A DNA stretch of 64,000 nucleotides from Phoronis australis (Eukaryota; Animalia; Phoronida), in NCBI GenBank assembly GCA_002633005.1, contig NMRA01000370.1:1-64000 (forward strand). Reading direction: 5' to 3'. The position numbers and the translations under genes are program-made. Shown here in pieces: positions 39,501-52,300 of the stretch. The notes under the pieces were generated by a model. It made no database searches and had not been told where the DNA came from. It saw nothing but the letters and a program-made list of their open reading frames with translations. Within the stretch, counting starts at the first letter, position 1. The number at the start of each line of letters is the position of its first letter.

Positions 39501-42500
39501 TTGAGGGGAATCTTAGACTTAAGTCAGTTTCTTGGAACCGGTCCCCTATCTCGGGCTTCCACGTGCTCAGTTTTAAAAGTACTGTAATCTTCTTTAAGGC
39601 GTTTTAGGATAAGAGAAAAAACAAACAGAAGACGCCTGTCTCCGAATTCCACAACTTACAGGGGATAAATCTGGAGAATAGCATATAAATATCCACTCAT
39701 AGCCCATGTCGTTCTTGCTATCCAGTCTGTAGAGTAGATAGCAGGGCTGTTTCTCCTCCAGCACAGACAACACACAGACATCATAATGTACACTAGAATT
39801 AAGGAATTACTTCAAAGTCCCACATGTTTCAATATTTCATTCATAAAGTCCAATTTCGTCCACTACAGTGAGATGAAAACATTATTGAAGTTCTATTAAG
39901 CACGGCTTTAATGGGTCGCAGATGTCCAGCTTAATACAAAATAAGAATGAAGGTAGAAACAAAAGTCACGCAAGCTTGATTTTACCGGGATTTTCCAGGG
40001 ATATGCCCATGGGTGTGTATTCGGAAAATAAAAACTTTCAGGCGTTTCAATAACACCAGATACACGACTGAGTGTTTATTCGGAAAGGGGGAAGTAAAAA
40101 GTCACGGGCTTGGCTGATATGAAAATATTAGTGATTCTTTTCATAGAACTGTGTGTTTTTTAATTTTAAGTTATCAAATACATAGTTCACCAAAATTTTG
40201 TTCATTTCTATGAAAAATAAATGCTCCGGAAACAGAATTTGTGGCTAGAAGTTGACCCTTAGTAGGGAAATTTTCCAGATAAACGCCCCACTCTCTGGAC
40301 ACTTGACAACGGAAATTGTAATACCAAATGAACGTCCATGGCATTAATTTGCCCATGGGCGATTTACCGGGTGAGCTTATCTACGGAAAATCCCGGTAAC
40401 ATGAGCCAACAAAACGGAGAAAGGAATTCCACACTCAGCACGATGCTGTTTCCAGTTTCACAACAGAAATTTGGGTGCATTTGAGATAAGCACGACATCA
40501 CTGTAACAGGTAATGGGTTGATTGAAAATTTGCCTTATGTATGTATCCAAAGACAGCAACAGAACAGGATAATATGCAACCGTCAATGAAATTGGAGGGA
40601 ACGGAATCGGCAGAAAATGCAGTCGGAGGGGCAAAGCCTCTCTTTTTTAAAGCGACAAACAGAACGAACAATTCTGCGTGCCCCATGGGCACATGTACAG
40701 TCAACTCTGTATCCATTAAGTAATATCACGGCAATGACACAAAAACGGATTCAAATTTGAACTCTGCTACAGTTCAAAACAATAGTAATACGACAAAATA
40801 CCGTTAACAGATAATTCAGTAACTATTACAGGAGTAAAATTATATGTAATTACTAACTGGTTTAGCCACCTCACTAACTTTCTTTTATTTTCTCCTTCAT
40901 TCTGGCTCACGAGACAAAACCACTCTGACCATGAATTTAGCTTCTACCCAGACATCATGACAGTGAATTGCAGGTCATTTTGTTCAAAATCTTTTGACGT
41001 ATACTGTAGATGTATGGGCACTGACACCGTTTTTTACAGTGACTGTGTCAAAATGCCTTCCTAGAAGACTGTCTTAAAAAGGATATCATCCTCCCAGCTG
41101 CCTTGTGCTTCACGGTCCTCACTTAATACTAGAGTCTCTGAAAATGAAACAAACTAGACAGTGCTTCAAATAAGGGTAGCGACTTGAATTTAATATTGGT
41201 GGATTTAACACATACCGTATTCGCCGTAATAACCGCCCAGGGCGCTTAGAAAAGTTCGGTGCAGAGGGGCGCTTATTATAACCCAGGGTGGTTGAAACCC
41301 GGTCTCCGAAACGGGTGAAATCAGAAGCTAAGATTCATCAAATTTACGCTCTGTCACGTACATGTAATCTATGAAAGACTTTCAACAAAACTGTGGTGCA
41401 CTGCTATCAAACTTTACTGCTAACTTACGATCATGTTACAGAAAATTGTGCTGAAATCCCAGGGCGAAAACTTGCCGACTGACTGCCTCGAAATCGCCGT
41501 CTTCAATATGCTTCAATGCTTGAATAAAAATTTTTTCGACTCAAGCAAATTACCTGAAATCCTCATTAAGTTTTATAAGTAGCGTCTCCAATATTTTTAA
41601 GTTCCCCTGGAGTCTGGATTAACGGCAGGTTTAAGTACAAATCTGTGCAACATCGTGCCATCTACATGTATGATTGGCAACACGGCTAGAAATATGTCTG
41701 GACGAACACACATGTTGTTGTCACGTGACGTTTGTTTTGAAGTTCATCTGCGAGTAAGCGAGCGCGTGCGTGTCACCAGATTTCATTTGCCAAGGCAGAG
41801 CCCGTCTTTTGGGCAGAGCCACGCAATCTAACTAGCTAGATGTGTTTAAAGAATTTGCACAAGCGGTAGGCTTAAACCAGAGTGTGTTTCATTCAGCACT
41901 TGCCGGTCTCGTGCTAAAAAATTTCGAATTTGTCTCGGTAAGGCCCATATTAGTCGCCGTGTAGCTGGATGCGTATGTAACTATTACAGTTATTTTTCGG
42001 TGTAAGGGTAAGTGTGTAAGCATTCACTTTCAGTTGTCATTTTATCGGATATTCGGTTTAAAAACACCAATTATGGTTAATCAAACAATCCATCTCAAAA
42101 ATAACGCAAACATGTTTTACAGTATTAGAAATTGTCGGAAATTAGTGCCAATATTCATTTCTTATCGATGCTATGCTACCCGTTTCATGAATGGATAGTT
42201 CCCAACTGTCTTTGATGACAGGTTCATGGATGTAGCGCGCGCTTCCTGGCCACGTGCGTTTAACACCGAGTTATTTTTATTCATGAGACAGTCGATGTGT
42301 ACTGAAAGGTCAGACCATAGTGGGACGCGGTCGTCGTGAGAGCGTAGCAACGCTGTTGCGTTCTTTTTGAAGAGCTGCGTTACTTTGAAGTGTAAAGTCA
42401 TGGCTAAATACAAAGGTAGCAGTGCCGCTGGTGGTCTAGAAGACCCGTGCAAAAAATGTTTGATAAATTGAAGACGTTACTGTAGCCGAGTTTTAGGACT

Positions 42501-45500
42501 GTAGGTATGTCATTGTTTGCATGTACACGTTCATGGACTGGGCGCTTATTTCTGCAAAGTCTGAAAACGCGTGGGGGGCGCTTATAGGGGCATGGGCGGT
42601 TATTACGGCGAATATGGTACACATTAACAAAAGCTTGAAAGTGCTTAGATAAACATGATATCTATAATCCATTGCCACGGTAACCATTATAAGTTGAAAC
42701 AACAAATGGCAATTCTTAATGGAAAATTTTGTCTACTTTTAAATCAACTGACATTAAACAATGGACAGAAATGGATGCTACTGAAGATATTTAGTGAAAT
42801 GCCTGACCTTTTGTATATATGTATTTACGTACACAAATACGACTTTGTAAGTGCATAAGCTTTACATACTAGTAATGCTATAACCAATAGCCAGTACCAC
42901 GGAGTAAATTTTTTCCACTTACCGTCCTTAATGGATATTTTCATCATCCTAACCCCACCATCCTTTGACTTGGCTAAGTATTCCCTCAGTTCACTTGAAG
43001 CTGAAAAATGACAGGAAGTGTTGAATGCACTCGCACCATCAACACCAGGTTGACCTTGACGTGATTAAAAAACTGCATGCACGCTCGTGCAGTGATACAA
43101 TTGGCAAGTTCATTATTTTGTAGACAAATGATCTGTCATGTTTAAAAAATTAATTCCCAAAGTATTTGTTTGAGCTGGAAGGACCTAAAGCCTGCCTAAG
43201 ATGTCTCTCTATAATTGAAAGGTAAAGGGGTATTTGATGGTTTGGCCAGAGTGAAGTGTAATTTACAGGAAATCCTCAGCGTACATGGCATCGTAAAATG
43301 CGCCAGAGCCTAACTCAGAAAAATCCACCAGTACTAACACCAACGAGTGAGCCAATCATTGAAATTGATCGGCCAATAGGCAATCGTGAATTGCCCTAAG
43401 CAACACTACCCAGTGTACTGGTATTAGCTTACAATGACGCTCTCCCTGTATTCTAGACCGGGCTGGCACCCTCTTCATCCACCATTTGGAAGCCATACAC
43501 ACCACGCAGGGTTTCTTAGGTGTCACCTTAGTTATGTGCTTCAACATTGAAAATCCATCAGTACTGAGAATTGAATCTGCCGCGTAAGCCAAACATCCAA
43601 ACCAATTGAGCAAGAGGCAATTGCTGATTGGCAAGCGATTTGAAGAGGCTTTATTCTACTGTTTGTCACACCACCAAGTCATGTAACACAACATAAGAGT
43701 TAAGCAAGAGTGAAGCCATGGGAGCTTACCCGGTATTTTTAACACATACGTCTCATGCACTATATACACTCAGCGCTCGACACCTAGCTTGACACCAAGT
43801 CGCATTTGATGACGTGGTGAAAATCCCAGGTCGCCAAACGAAATCTGTTGGCAAAACTAATTACAGGTCATGTCGCACTCTGTCCTCAGAAACTTATCTC
43901 ACCGTAAAAATGTGCCATTCAATATCTAAGTCAATTCCTCCTGCCGGAACGCAGACGATCACATACACGTTTCACCAATCTTAACAGATTTATGATGAAC
44001 AATTACCACTTCCATACATCTGTTTACTTTCTGTCGTTATTTAAGCGCATTTGATGTGTGCTGACTGCTGTGGTGCACTGATTTCACTAATAAACGGAAC
44101 AATTGTGAACCAAAGGTAATAAATCTAGAAAAACTGCTACTAAATTAAAGTTTGGAAAACAACAAACTTTGAAACTAATTTTGGGGGAATTATTGTCTGA
44201 CTTTGATACTTGCAGTAGCAGTTTTGCCGACTTGGGATTTTTCCCAGGTTGCCAAACACAACCTGAGGTCGTATTGGCAGCATGCAGGTCGTCTCCATGT
44301 AAAAATAGAGCAAGATTGGTGAAATACATGCAATCGTCTACATTCTATCTTTGCTGGCAGGATGAATTAAGTTAGACATTGAGTGGTATATATTTTGTAC
44401 GGAGAAAATGAAGAGATATGCATATGTTTCTGAGATCGAAGTAGGGCACTTTCTAAAGTATTTTAGCGTCAGTTTTGACGACCTCAGATTTAATTCGTTA
44501 TGCAACCTGGGACTTTCCCCAAGTCACTAAATGCGGCTTGGCATCAAGCTAAGTGTCGAGCATTGATATATGTGTACTGTAGTACAGGGAGATCGAGTAA
44601 CACCCAGCTGTATTGTGATCTTCTTAATTGTTAATATCTATTTAATTTATTGTTACTCGGTAGTCAGCTATTAGTGGCTTTGCTGGCCACCCAGTCACAT
44701 AGCAATGTATATTTTTTATGATTTAAAAAAATAAAAGCAAGTTTTCAATTTTGGGAACTGAACGAAGGACTGCTCGAAGAAAAAGTTTGATAACGGGAGT
44801 ATTTGTTCGAGTTGGAAGGAATTAAAGATATCAACAGCCTCCTAAGGTGTCCCTCTATGCGCATAAATTACTTATAACAATGCGACTTTGATTTTTAAAT
44901 CAGTGTGAGGCATAATTCACCGAAAAGCTTTCGGTGTATAGGAGCTTTGTCTCCATGACGGAGACAGTCGTTGCTCCCAACTTCTTCAATTCTATAGCCC
45001 AACAACAAGTTGGGAAATTTGCCCCCGTAGCCAATATCTTACACGACTCATTAACTCCATTCTGGCATTTATGCTTGGTGGGCCTGCGCTCTTTTGTTCG
45101 ATAATTGCTCTAATCTCCGATCAGATCATATCTGGACTGACTGGGCTGGGCTGATAAAAATGAAAGTTAAGTTATAACATATTTGAGCTGAAACCAATAG
45201 CATTTCTGAATTCCTCGTCAAATGCTGATCAAGTTCCATTCTTGAATCACCAAAATCGCCCAACTACGACAGAAGTTAAGACAATCTATTCTGTCCAAAC
45301 GAACGCACTGGGTTTGACTGTGTTCATAGGCATTCGGTAATAGCGTGCAACCACCATACGTTTCCTTTGAAGCCTGGGAGATAATTGGCCTGCTTGTTAT
45401 CATACGGGACAAAAGACTGAGCTGGGTAGTTAACAAAAGAGCCAGATTTTATCGCCCGTTCAGCACCCCTCACGTCTGGAAAAAGTTACTGAACGACAGA

Positions 45501-45968
45501 GCGCTGTGATGCTACCGAGCCAGCTAGAGACGGTGGTAGGGTAGACAGTTAGCAGGTGTCCCAGATGGAGGCACCCGAATATGTTACTTCCAAAAGGCAT
45601 ATAGCTAGCTGACAAAGATGTCATGTAGCCCAACAAGCTCTTCCACTCCGTGACTGTTCCAGGAGAAAATGTCTTTTTCCTGAAATCTGTCCTATTTATT
45701 GGAAAATTATTGAATGACCTTCTGGTATGGATGCCAGAGACCAGAAACTGCAACACCAGAGTTGATGATAACCGACTTTTTTTATCGTACTTACGGTAAG
45801 TTTCATGGTGTATTCCAAGTTCACGCATACGTGATCTTGAGATTACACGAGATTCCGACCAAGTTCACACACAGCAGCTACCCTCCCATAATACTTGGAA
45901 AATTAAGAAGGATAATTTAGTATACAACACAATGTGCTCTTACCCACAATGCCAGTCTGGTGAGACAT
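30556..45968 (-). CDS. TWF1: Twinfilin (two ADF-H domains plus capping-protein-binding tail), 10 coding exons, 347 aa
   Basis: Exons on -: 45968-45944, 43000-42923, 41137-41087, 39787-39660, 39165-39070, 38673-38569, 36182-36057, 34375-34225, 33237-33119, 30720-30556; total 1044 nt with consistent phases. Peptide MSHQTGIV...[11 protein letters not shown]...[30 protein letters not shown]...APAPLT.AEEEL...[10 protein letters not shown]...KFAKPKGP. Cannot be assigned to TWF1 versus TWF2. Confidence 0.96.
31376..32768. mobile_element. ~1.4-kb non-autonomous DNA transposon with TA TSD (Tc1/mariner/pogo-type), copy A, in the last twinfilin intron
   Basis: TIRs CCGTATTCGCCGTAATAACCGCC / GGCAGTTATTACGGCGAATACGG, TA flanks; closely similar along its whole length to 41215-42617; no transposase ORF. 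Confidence 0.92.
39330..39545. mobile_element. Short MITE with Harbinger-like GGGCC termini
   Basis: GGGCCCGTTCCAAGAAAGCTAACTTA ... TAAGTCAGTTTCTTGGAACCGGTCCC imperfect TIRs with internal CTTAAG sub-repeats. Confidence 0.6.
39788..41086 (-). other. U12-type (minor spliceosome) AT-AC intron, twinfilin intron 3
   Basis: Donor G|ATATCCTTT at 41086, branch site TTCCTTAAT at 39806-39798, acceptor GTAC|AT at 39788; splicing restores W-E-D-D-Y-D in frame. Confidence 0.93.
39982..40399. mobile_element. Short inverted-repeat-bounded element inside the U12 intron
   Basis: TTACCGGGATTTTCC ... GGAAAATCCCGGTAA perfect 15-bp inverted termini. Confidence 0.55.
41215..42617. mobile_element. ~1.4-kb non-autonomous DNA transposon with TA TSD, copy B, in twinfilin intron 2
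   Basis: Same TIRs and internal sequence as 31376-32768, same orientation, TA flanks. Confidence 0.92.
43720..44610. mobile_element. Degenerate element bounded by ~140-bp inverted repeats
   Basis: CTCGACACCTAGCTTGACACCAAGTCGCATTT...TCCCAGGT (~43776-43832) is the imperfect reverse complement of ACCTGGGA...AAATGCGGCTTGGCATCAAGCTAAGTGTCGAG (~44505-44560); boundaries approximate. Confidence 0.55.
45430..45830 (-). mobile_element. Degenerate LINE (CR1/L2-group) 3' end relic in twinfilin intron 1
   Basis: Peptide [20 protein letters not shown] resembles the C-terminal RT..RK.SF.PR....WN.L motif of CR1/L2 ORF2. Confidence 0.45.
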
Positions 45969-46310
45969 TTTAAACAGATTGTAGTTTATATGAAAGCGAT
46001 ATCAATATTTCCAGATCTATTTACGGTGATTTATCAAAAATAAGTCACAGAAAAGCTAAGCAGACTCTACGCGGAAGTCCGAGGCGCCTCCTACAAGTCA
46101 CGTGATTCATGTGCGATCCAAACACGTTTCAGTACGGGTGTTGTGAGTGGTTTTTATAATCATGAAACCGAATCAAAAGCACCCTTACAAAAACCAAACT
46201 GTGTTACGCAAAAATAGCTATTTTATGAACAACGTGAAGTTTGAGATGTGACAAATGAGTGCTTGTTTCTACGCACAGATCTAAAAACAACATTTTGGGT
46301 GTTGCTGTCT
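45969..46310. promoter_or_regulatory. Bidirectional promoter region between twinfilin and DDX20
   Basis: Divergent ATGs separated by 342 bp; contains ETS-like CGGAAGT (~46072) and E-box GTCACGTGAT (~46097). Confidence 0.7.
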
Positions 46311-49300
46311 ATGAGCAGAATGTGCGAAAATGGAGAAACAAAGAGAACGGCGCATGTTATCTCTGAGAAATTGAGAACTTGTGACGTTTCATTGGATAAA
46401 AACGTGAATTTCTCCAATCTTCTCCTTTCTGACACTGTTTTGCAAGGATTGGTGAAGTCGGGCTTCCACACACCTTCTCCTATCCAGTTGAAGGCTATTC
46501 CCTTGGGGAGATGTGGTCTAGGTATTACTCTTGCTGCTACTGTGTAATCTGTGCAAGTGTTACTTTAGTTACACCAGCTCATAGTTAATCCACCAACCTA
46601 CGACATTGACCCAACGCTGCCCTCAGCTTAGTAGGCTCTGCCCGGTGCTACTACTGTAGCTCTACATTAGACAGTACTGTTGCAGCCCAAACTAATGCCT
46701 GTGCCTAAATGATTTTGTGTACTTCAATTTGGCATGAGTCGGTGAGCCGAAATGATGCCTGCGCCAAACCGAAGCTACTGTTAGTTCCCAATTTACTGCC
46801 AGTAATTTATATTTTTTAGCTGTTATCACAACTGAAATTGACGACAATGAGTGCCGGGGTGGTGTGAATAGTTTCTCAGAACACTTCCCCCCATGTGGCT
46901 AATTTATATGACCTGCATACATAAGCACTGATTGTCGTCAATTTTGGGTCTTATAACCGTGAAGAAACTTACAAAATACTGGCAGTAATTTGGGAACTTA
47001 GCTGTAGCTTCAGTTTGGTACAGGCATCAGTTTTGCTCACCAGTCCACACCAAACTGAAGTGCGCATAATCAGTTTGGCGCAGGCATCAGGTTGAGCTGT
47101 AATATCACACTCTCAACTGGCCCCAGTAGAAATGGTCGATGGCCATCCCAAATGGCTGCCGCAAGCGTTTCGGGGAATTATACCTCACTGATTTAACAAT
47201 TAAAGTAATATTGCTATAGGCACCTTTTATGCATAGAGGGACACCTTAGGAGATTATTAATGTCTAACTTTTCCCAGCTCGAACTAATATTCCTGCAATC
47301 AAACTTTTATGTCAAGAAGCATGACGTCATATCTCCTGGCGCGAGCAGTGTAAAAATGGCCAGTTGGCCACTTGGGTCACTGGCAGCCCTATGAGATGGT
47401 CACCGTCTCTACTGCGGCCAGTTGAGAGGGTTGTTCTGTCTACCACCACTCTTGAATGGTGTTGGTAATCTTCGTGGGTGATTTGCCAACCGATTGTTAT
47501 CACCATTTTTGGTGAAGTGGTGTTTGGGTGAGATGTGTTGTTAGGGAATGTTTTTGAATTTGCTGTCAGATTATTTCACTTTAAATGTTGAACTGGTAAA
47601 AAAACAATAAAATTGTGGACAACAGGTGCAGAATTTTCATAGTTCAGAAAATTTTCAATGCCCCATCCAAAACACATTGCTCAATTTAAAATTTCGAATG
47701 TTTGTACCATTTCAGTTCGGTAAGCTGTTTCTATATCCAAGGTCAAAAAGTGTTCGGAAACCAGGTCGACTCGGTTCATTATTAAGTTGAATTATACTCG
47801 TTGAAATTTTTTACTCAGCGGTCGTTATGTCGAACTCAAGATAGAGGGCCGCCTATCAACTTGCCTAACTAATTTTAAATTTAGTTCAAGAAATTTTTAA
47901 TTAGAAGTTTTTTCTTTTTCAGATCTTATCGTTCAGGCCAAGTCAGGTACAGGAAAGACTTGTGTCTTTACAGTGATTGCATTGGAAGGAATTGTGGTAG
48001 AGAGTAAGAGTTTGCAGGTTAGGGCAGCAGTTGTACGACACATACCATTAATGGAGAAGTGTGGCATAACAAATATACCCATCATGCAGTAGTAGTCTGT
48101 TAACTTCTGAGCTATTTGCCTGATAGGGCAGTCAGTTAATATAATGTTTTGGTTGTCACTTTTATATGCTATAGTTGAAACACGTTTTACTCATCCTGTT
48201 TTAGCTTTAGTACTATGATTTTATATTCATCTGCAAAAATCGATTCTTTCTTAGCATTCTAACTTTAATTCCATGAATCGCTTGTTAAAATGTAACGCAA
48301 TTTGACTTTGTTCATTATCAGGTGTTGGTGTTGGCCCCGACACGTGAGATTGCCGTGCAGATTCATGACGTTATACAGTCGATTGGTCAGTGTCTCCCGG
48401 GACTACGTTGTCACACGTTCATTGGTGGACTACCCGTGAGCGAGGACCGACAGAAACTCAAGAAGTGCCACATCGCTGTTGGTTCACCAGGTAGTACTAC
48501 CACGTAGGATTTGGTGTAAAAAAATGATGGCCAATTGCTTTCTGATTATTATTTTATTGACAGCCATTTTGTTAGTCTGATCTTTGTAAAGTCTGCTTTC
48601 TTGCCAGACCTTAACTAAGTGTCGCTTTGTACGAGTTCCTTCTGCGTAATCTTTTGTTGCTCATGTAAAATTGGTCAGCGCTGAGGTTCAAATCTTTTTA
48701 CTGGAAATCGAACTCAAATTTATTTTTGACATTTTACTTCAATACAAAGTCAAGATAAGTGTTGACTTTTCTCTGCTCAGGTTCATCCTGATGAGTGTCT
48801 AGTTCAAGTTTGTCCTTGATGACCCCTAGGCTCAAGTTAAAAATTCACACGAAATCTCGAGGTTTGGTTGAAAAACTCAAAATTTCGAATTCTGACAAAA
48901 AATGTCATAAGTAATTTTGATTTCAAATACAAAGATGGGACCCCAGGCCCCTTGCATCATGAACATGATTTTGGACATTTGGCAACTTGGATGTTTTGGT
49001 AAAATGATACCTTGGCATTATAAAACTTCACTACTAGATAAATTATTTTCGTGTCTCTTTGATGTTTTCGATGAAACCGTTGTATGCAATTTAAATTTTC
49101 TTGTGCTGAAAACCTGGCCACCACATTTGTTATATATTTCATATCAGGTCGTATCAAACAACTCATTGAGGAGAATGCCCTTTCTACAGAGAACGTTCGT
49201 CTGTTCATTCTTGACGAGGCTGATAAACTGCTTGAAGAAGGCTTCCAAGAACAGATCAAGTGAGTGTGTAAGGAGACAATGCAGCTCAGCAGTTTGAACT

Positions 49301-52300
49301 TTGAACTGAGTGTGTAAGGAGACGGTGCGGTTCAGCGGTTTGACCTCCGAACTCTCGTTTGGGAGATCTGGGTTTAAATCCTGGCTTCACTGGCAGACAG
49401 TTGAGCATTGCACATAAGTGTCTCCTTCTCTTTTGAGCTCGGTTTTGCTAGTGAGTTTATGCAAGGTAATGAATGTGCCCATAATTAAATTGTCTGTGAT
49501 AATAGCCTCCGGCTAATGTTCTATGGTTACGCTGAAAACTGACAATAAATAATTTAAATAAAAAATGTTATTGTATTGTCTAGTGTGTGCATGATTACGT
49601 TGAAGCAAGGTTGCACTGTCTTTCAGTGTTCTCCACAACCTGTTTTGACTTGTTACTGGGTCAAGTTTAAATTTTGTCATGAAGACTAAGGCTTACTTGT
49701 GTCAAGTTTGAAAACCTATGCAATGAGTTTGAAGTATTAGGAGATAATCATTTCTTAAGCAAATTAGGAATTTTTTGGATTTTCGGTACTAGTTTGATGC
49801 ATTTATTTCAAAACTCAAACTCCCTGCAGTGTGAACACGGAGTTTCAAACACATACATGAATTTTGTAACTCCAGGCAACTTAATTTTCTGTTGTGTAGA
49901 ACACCGCAGTCTCAGAGGACGGTAATGCATCAGTTATCTAGCGCACAATATGGCCTACAAGTGAAACTGTATTTTATCAAACTTCTTCATTTAAGTAAAA
50001 ATTGGAAAAAATCCAGTTCATTACTGACATGGTGTGTACCGTTTAGATTTCATAAAACAAATTTTGGTAACGTTTCCTTAGTTTCCACGAGTTGCAACCT
50101 GTCCACATTTTGAAGAACAGTGCATTTAATAGTAAAAGTGCATTGAACAGTTGAGTAGCGCAAGATTGTGCCCTCTGTATGAAACCTTGTTATTTTTAAT
50201 TCGTAAGTCGATGAATTTTGATTTGATATTCTGGAGTAAAATGATTAATAGGATAGTAACTTACAATAGACTAACCTCCCGTCCAGGGGGAGACGAAGGG
50301 TTCACCCAGTTGTGCTACAGAAACTGGTTAGCACCTGAACGTATGAGTTACAGGCTTTGTTAAGGATTTACATGCAACCAGAGGTTAAATGTGTGTTCTA
50401 ACGACAATGGTGCAGTTTTGTTGTGACAGCCGCAAACTGCACAGAACCTATCCTCGCCAGGGGTGCACAAAATTCTTGATGGTTGATATTTAAGATGTCC
50501 TCTAGTTTTAATACCACTCTTGAAGGTCACACACTTTCCAGTCTTGTGAGGTCTTTGGCGCGTGATTTCCCCAACAAAATGTGAACTGTGTTAAGCCACA
50601 CGGTGGTAATTTGTCTTATACTCTGTTGCAGTTGGATCTACTCATCGTTGCCTGAAAACAAACAAATGGTGGCGCTGTCAGCGACCTACCCAGAATACCT
50701 TGCTCATCACTTGAAGGTCTACATGAGGAACCCAACATTTGTCCGCCTGAATTCAGTTGACCCCGCACTGCTAGGTAAAATATCACCCAATTTTGGACAA
50801 AAGTAATAGACAAAATTTATGTTTTTCACTATTTTTTGTGAATGCTAGTAATTTCACATATTGTCTTGTCACAGGTAGCGTGTAGAACTTGCAAATGACA
50901 ATGGATCATTAGTTGGAAATGAGGAAACGGGTGTAGCGTCACATTCTTGAAGCCATCGTAGAGTTGGTGTACATTTGAATCATTTTATATGTCTGTTGTG
51001 CTCATTACAAGTTGATTTTATTCTCAGTGGCCTTTGGTTACAAGAAATGTTACAAAGATGTTGCCTTTACTGTTATCAGTTTCGTCATCCTTGCAGGTGT
51101 GAAGCAGTTCTACCAGGTGGTTCGTTTTCATCCCCTGCCACACGTGGCCTTTGAGAACAAGGTGCAACACCTCACCCATCTGTTATCCACCGTCGCCTTT
51201 CACCAGTGCCTCATCTTTTCCAACTATCAGTCCAGGTAATAAGAAACATTCTACGGTATATAGAACTCTAAAGTTTTGAGAGCACAATAGCATCTGTTGA
51301 GCGAAGCATTGTCAAACATTTAATAAATAGCCAAATGGTACACAACTTCATTTTCCTGACTTTTCAACGTTTCGTCTTTTCATTAGACATCATCAAGATC
51401 ATATTTACAATAATTTAGGACTACAAGTGCCAACAATGGTGATGACCAGCTACTGACCATATTCTATGTATCTCTCACTTCGCTCTATGGATGTTACCTG
51501 AGCTGTTTGTTGGCACTTGTTGTCCTAAACTGTTGTAAATGTGATCCTGATGATGTCTAATGAAAAGACGAAACGTTGAATTGAACACGAACTTTTTATT
51601 TGTGCGGCGATAGTCTGGTTTTTGATCTTATTGTGGCCAAAACTGATTTAATTTTCCTGACTTGTTTCGAGGTGCACTTCTCATTCTCAAAGGCACAAGA
51701 ACCAGCATGATGTAAAGGTCAAGGTAACCAGTAAAAGGTCATGCAGGTGTGACACATGATAGCTCAATAACACAAGTTAAACAAGCCGCTACTCCAGACA
51801 ATATCTCAAAACAATGCGAGACCAAGCTGGTCACACAAAGTTATTGTCAAGTGTAGAGGCTTGTTTACCCTCACGTTATTGGCCTGTCATGTCTCACATT
51901 TGCATGATCTTTTGCTTGTTGCCTTGTCCTTTACATCATTCTGGTTCTTGTACCGTTGAGAATGAGGACTGCACCTCAAAACTTGTCAGGAAAATGAACT
52001 TATGTACTACATAGCGTCTTGTGTGCAAGACTGTGTGCAGACGATACACTAGCCATATTCATGTGAGTCGTTTGAATGTCCATAGCGCAAAGGGGTAATT
52101 TGTCGGCATGATGGTGACAAAGAATTAATAAAAAGCTGAAAAATGTCCGACCGCGTTAAATGCAGTCGGAGCGATGTACATCACAGGCTTCCGAATACTT
52201 ATGCCGTTTAATAAGGTAAATTTCCTGAACTATTAGAAGAAATTTCTACTGTAATCTCATCATGAAATACTTGTAAGACTGTTGAGTGTGCAAGTACTGA

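Noticed and set aside
48785-48865. Hammerhead-like CTGATGA-GTGT...ACAC-GAAA
   Set aside because: No convincing stems I and III; it lies in a degenerate dispersed repeat whose relative near 63450-63590 lacks the core.
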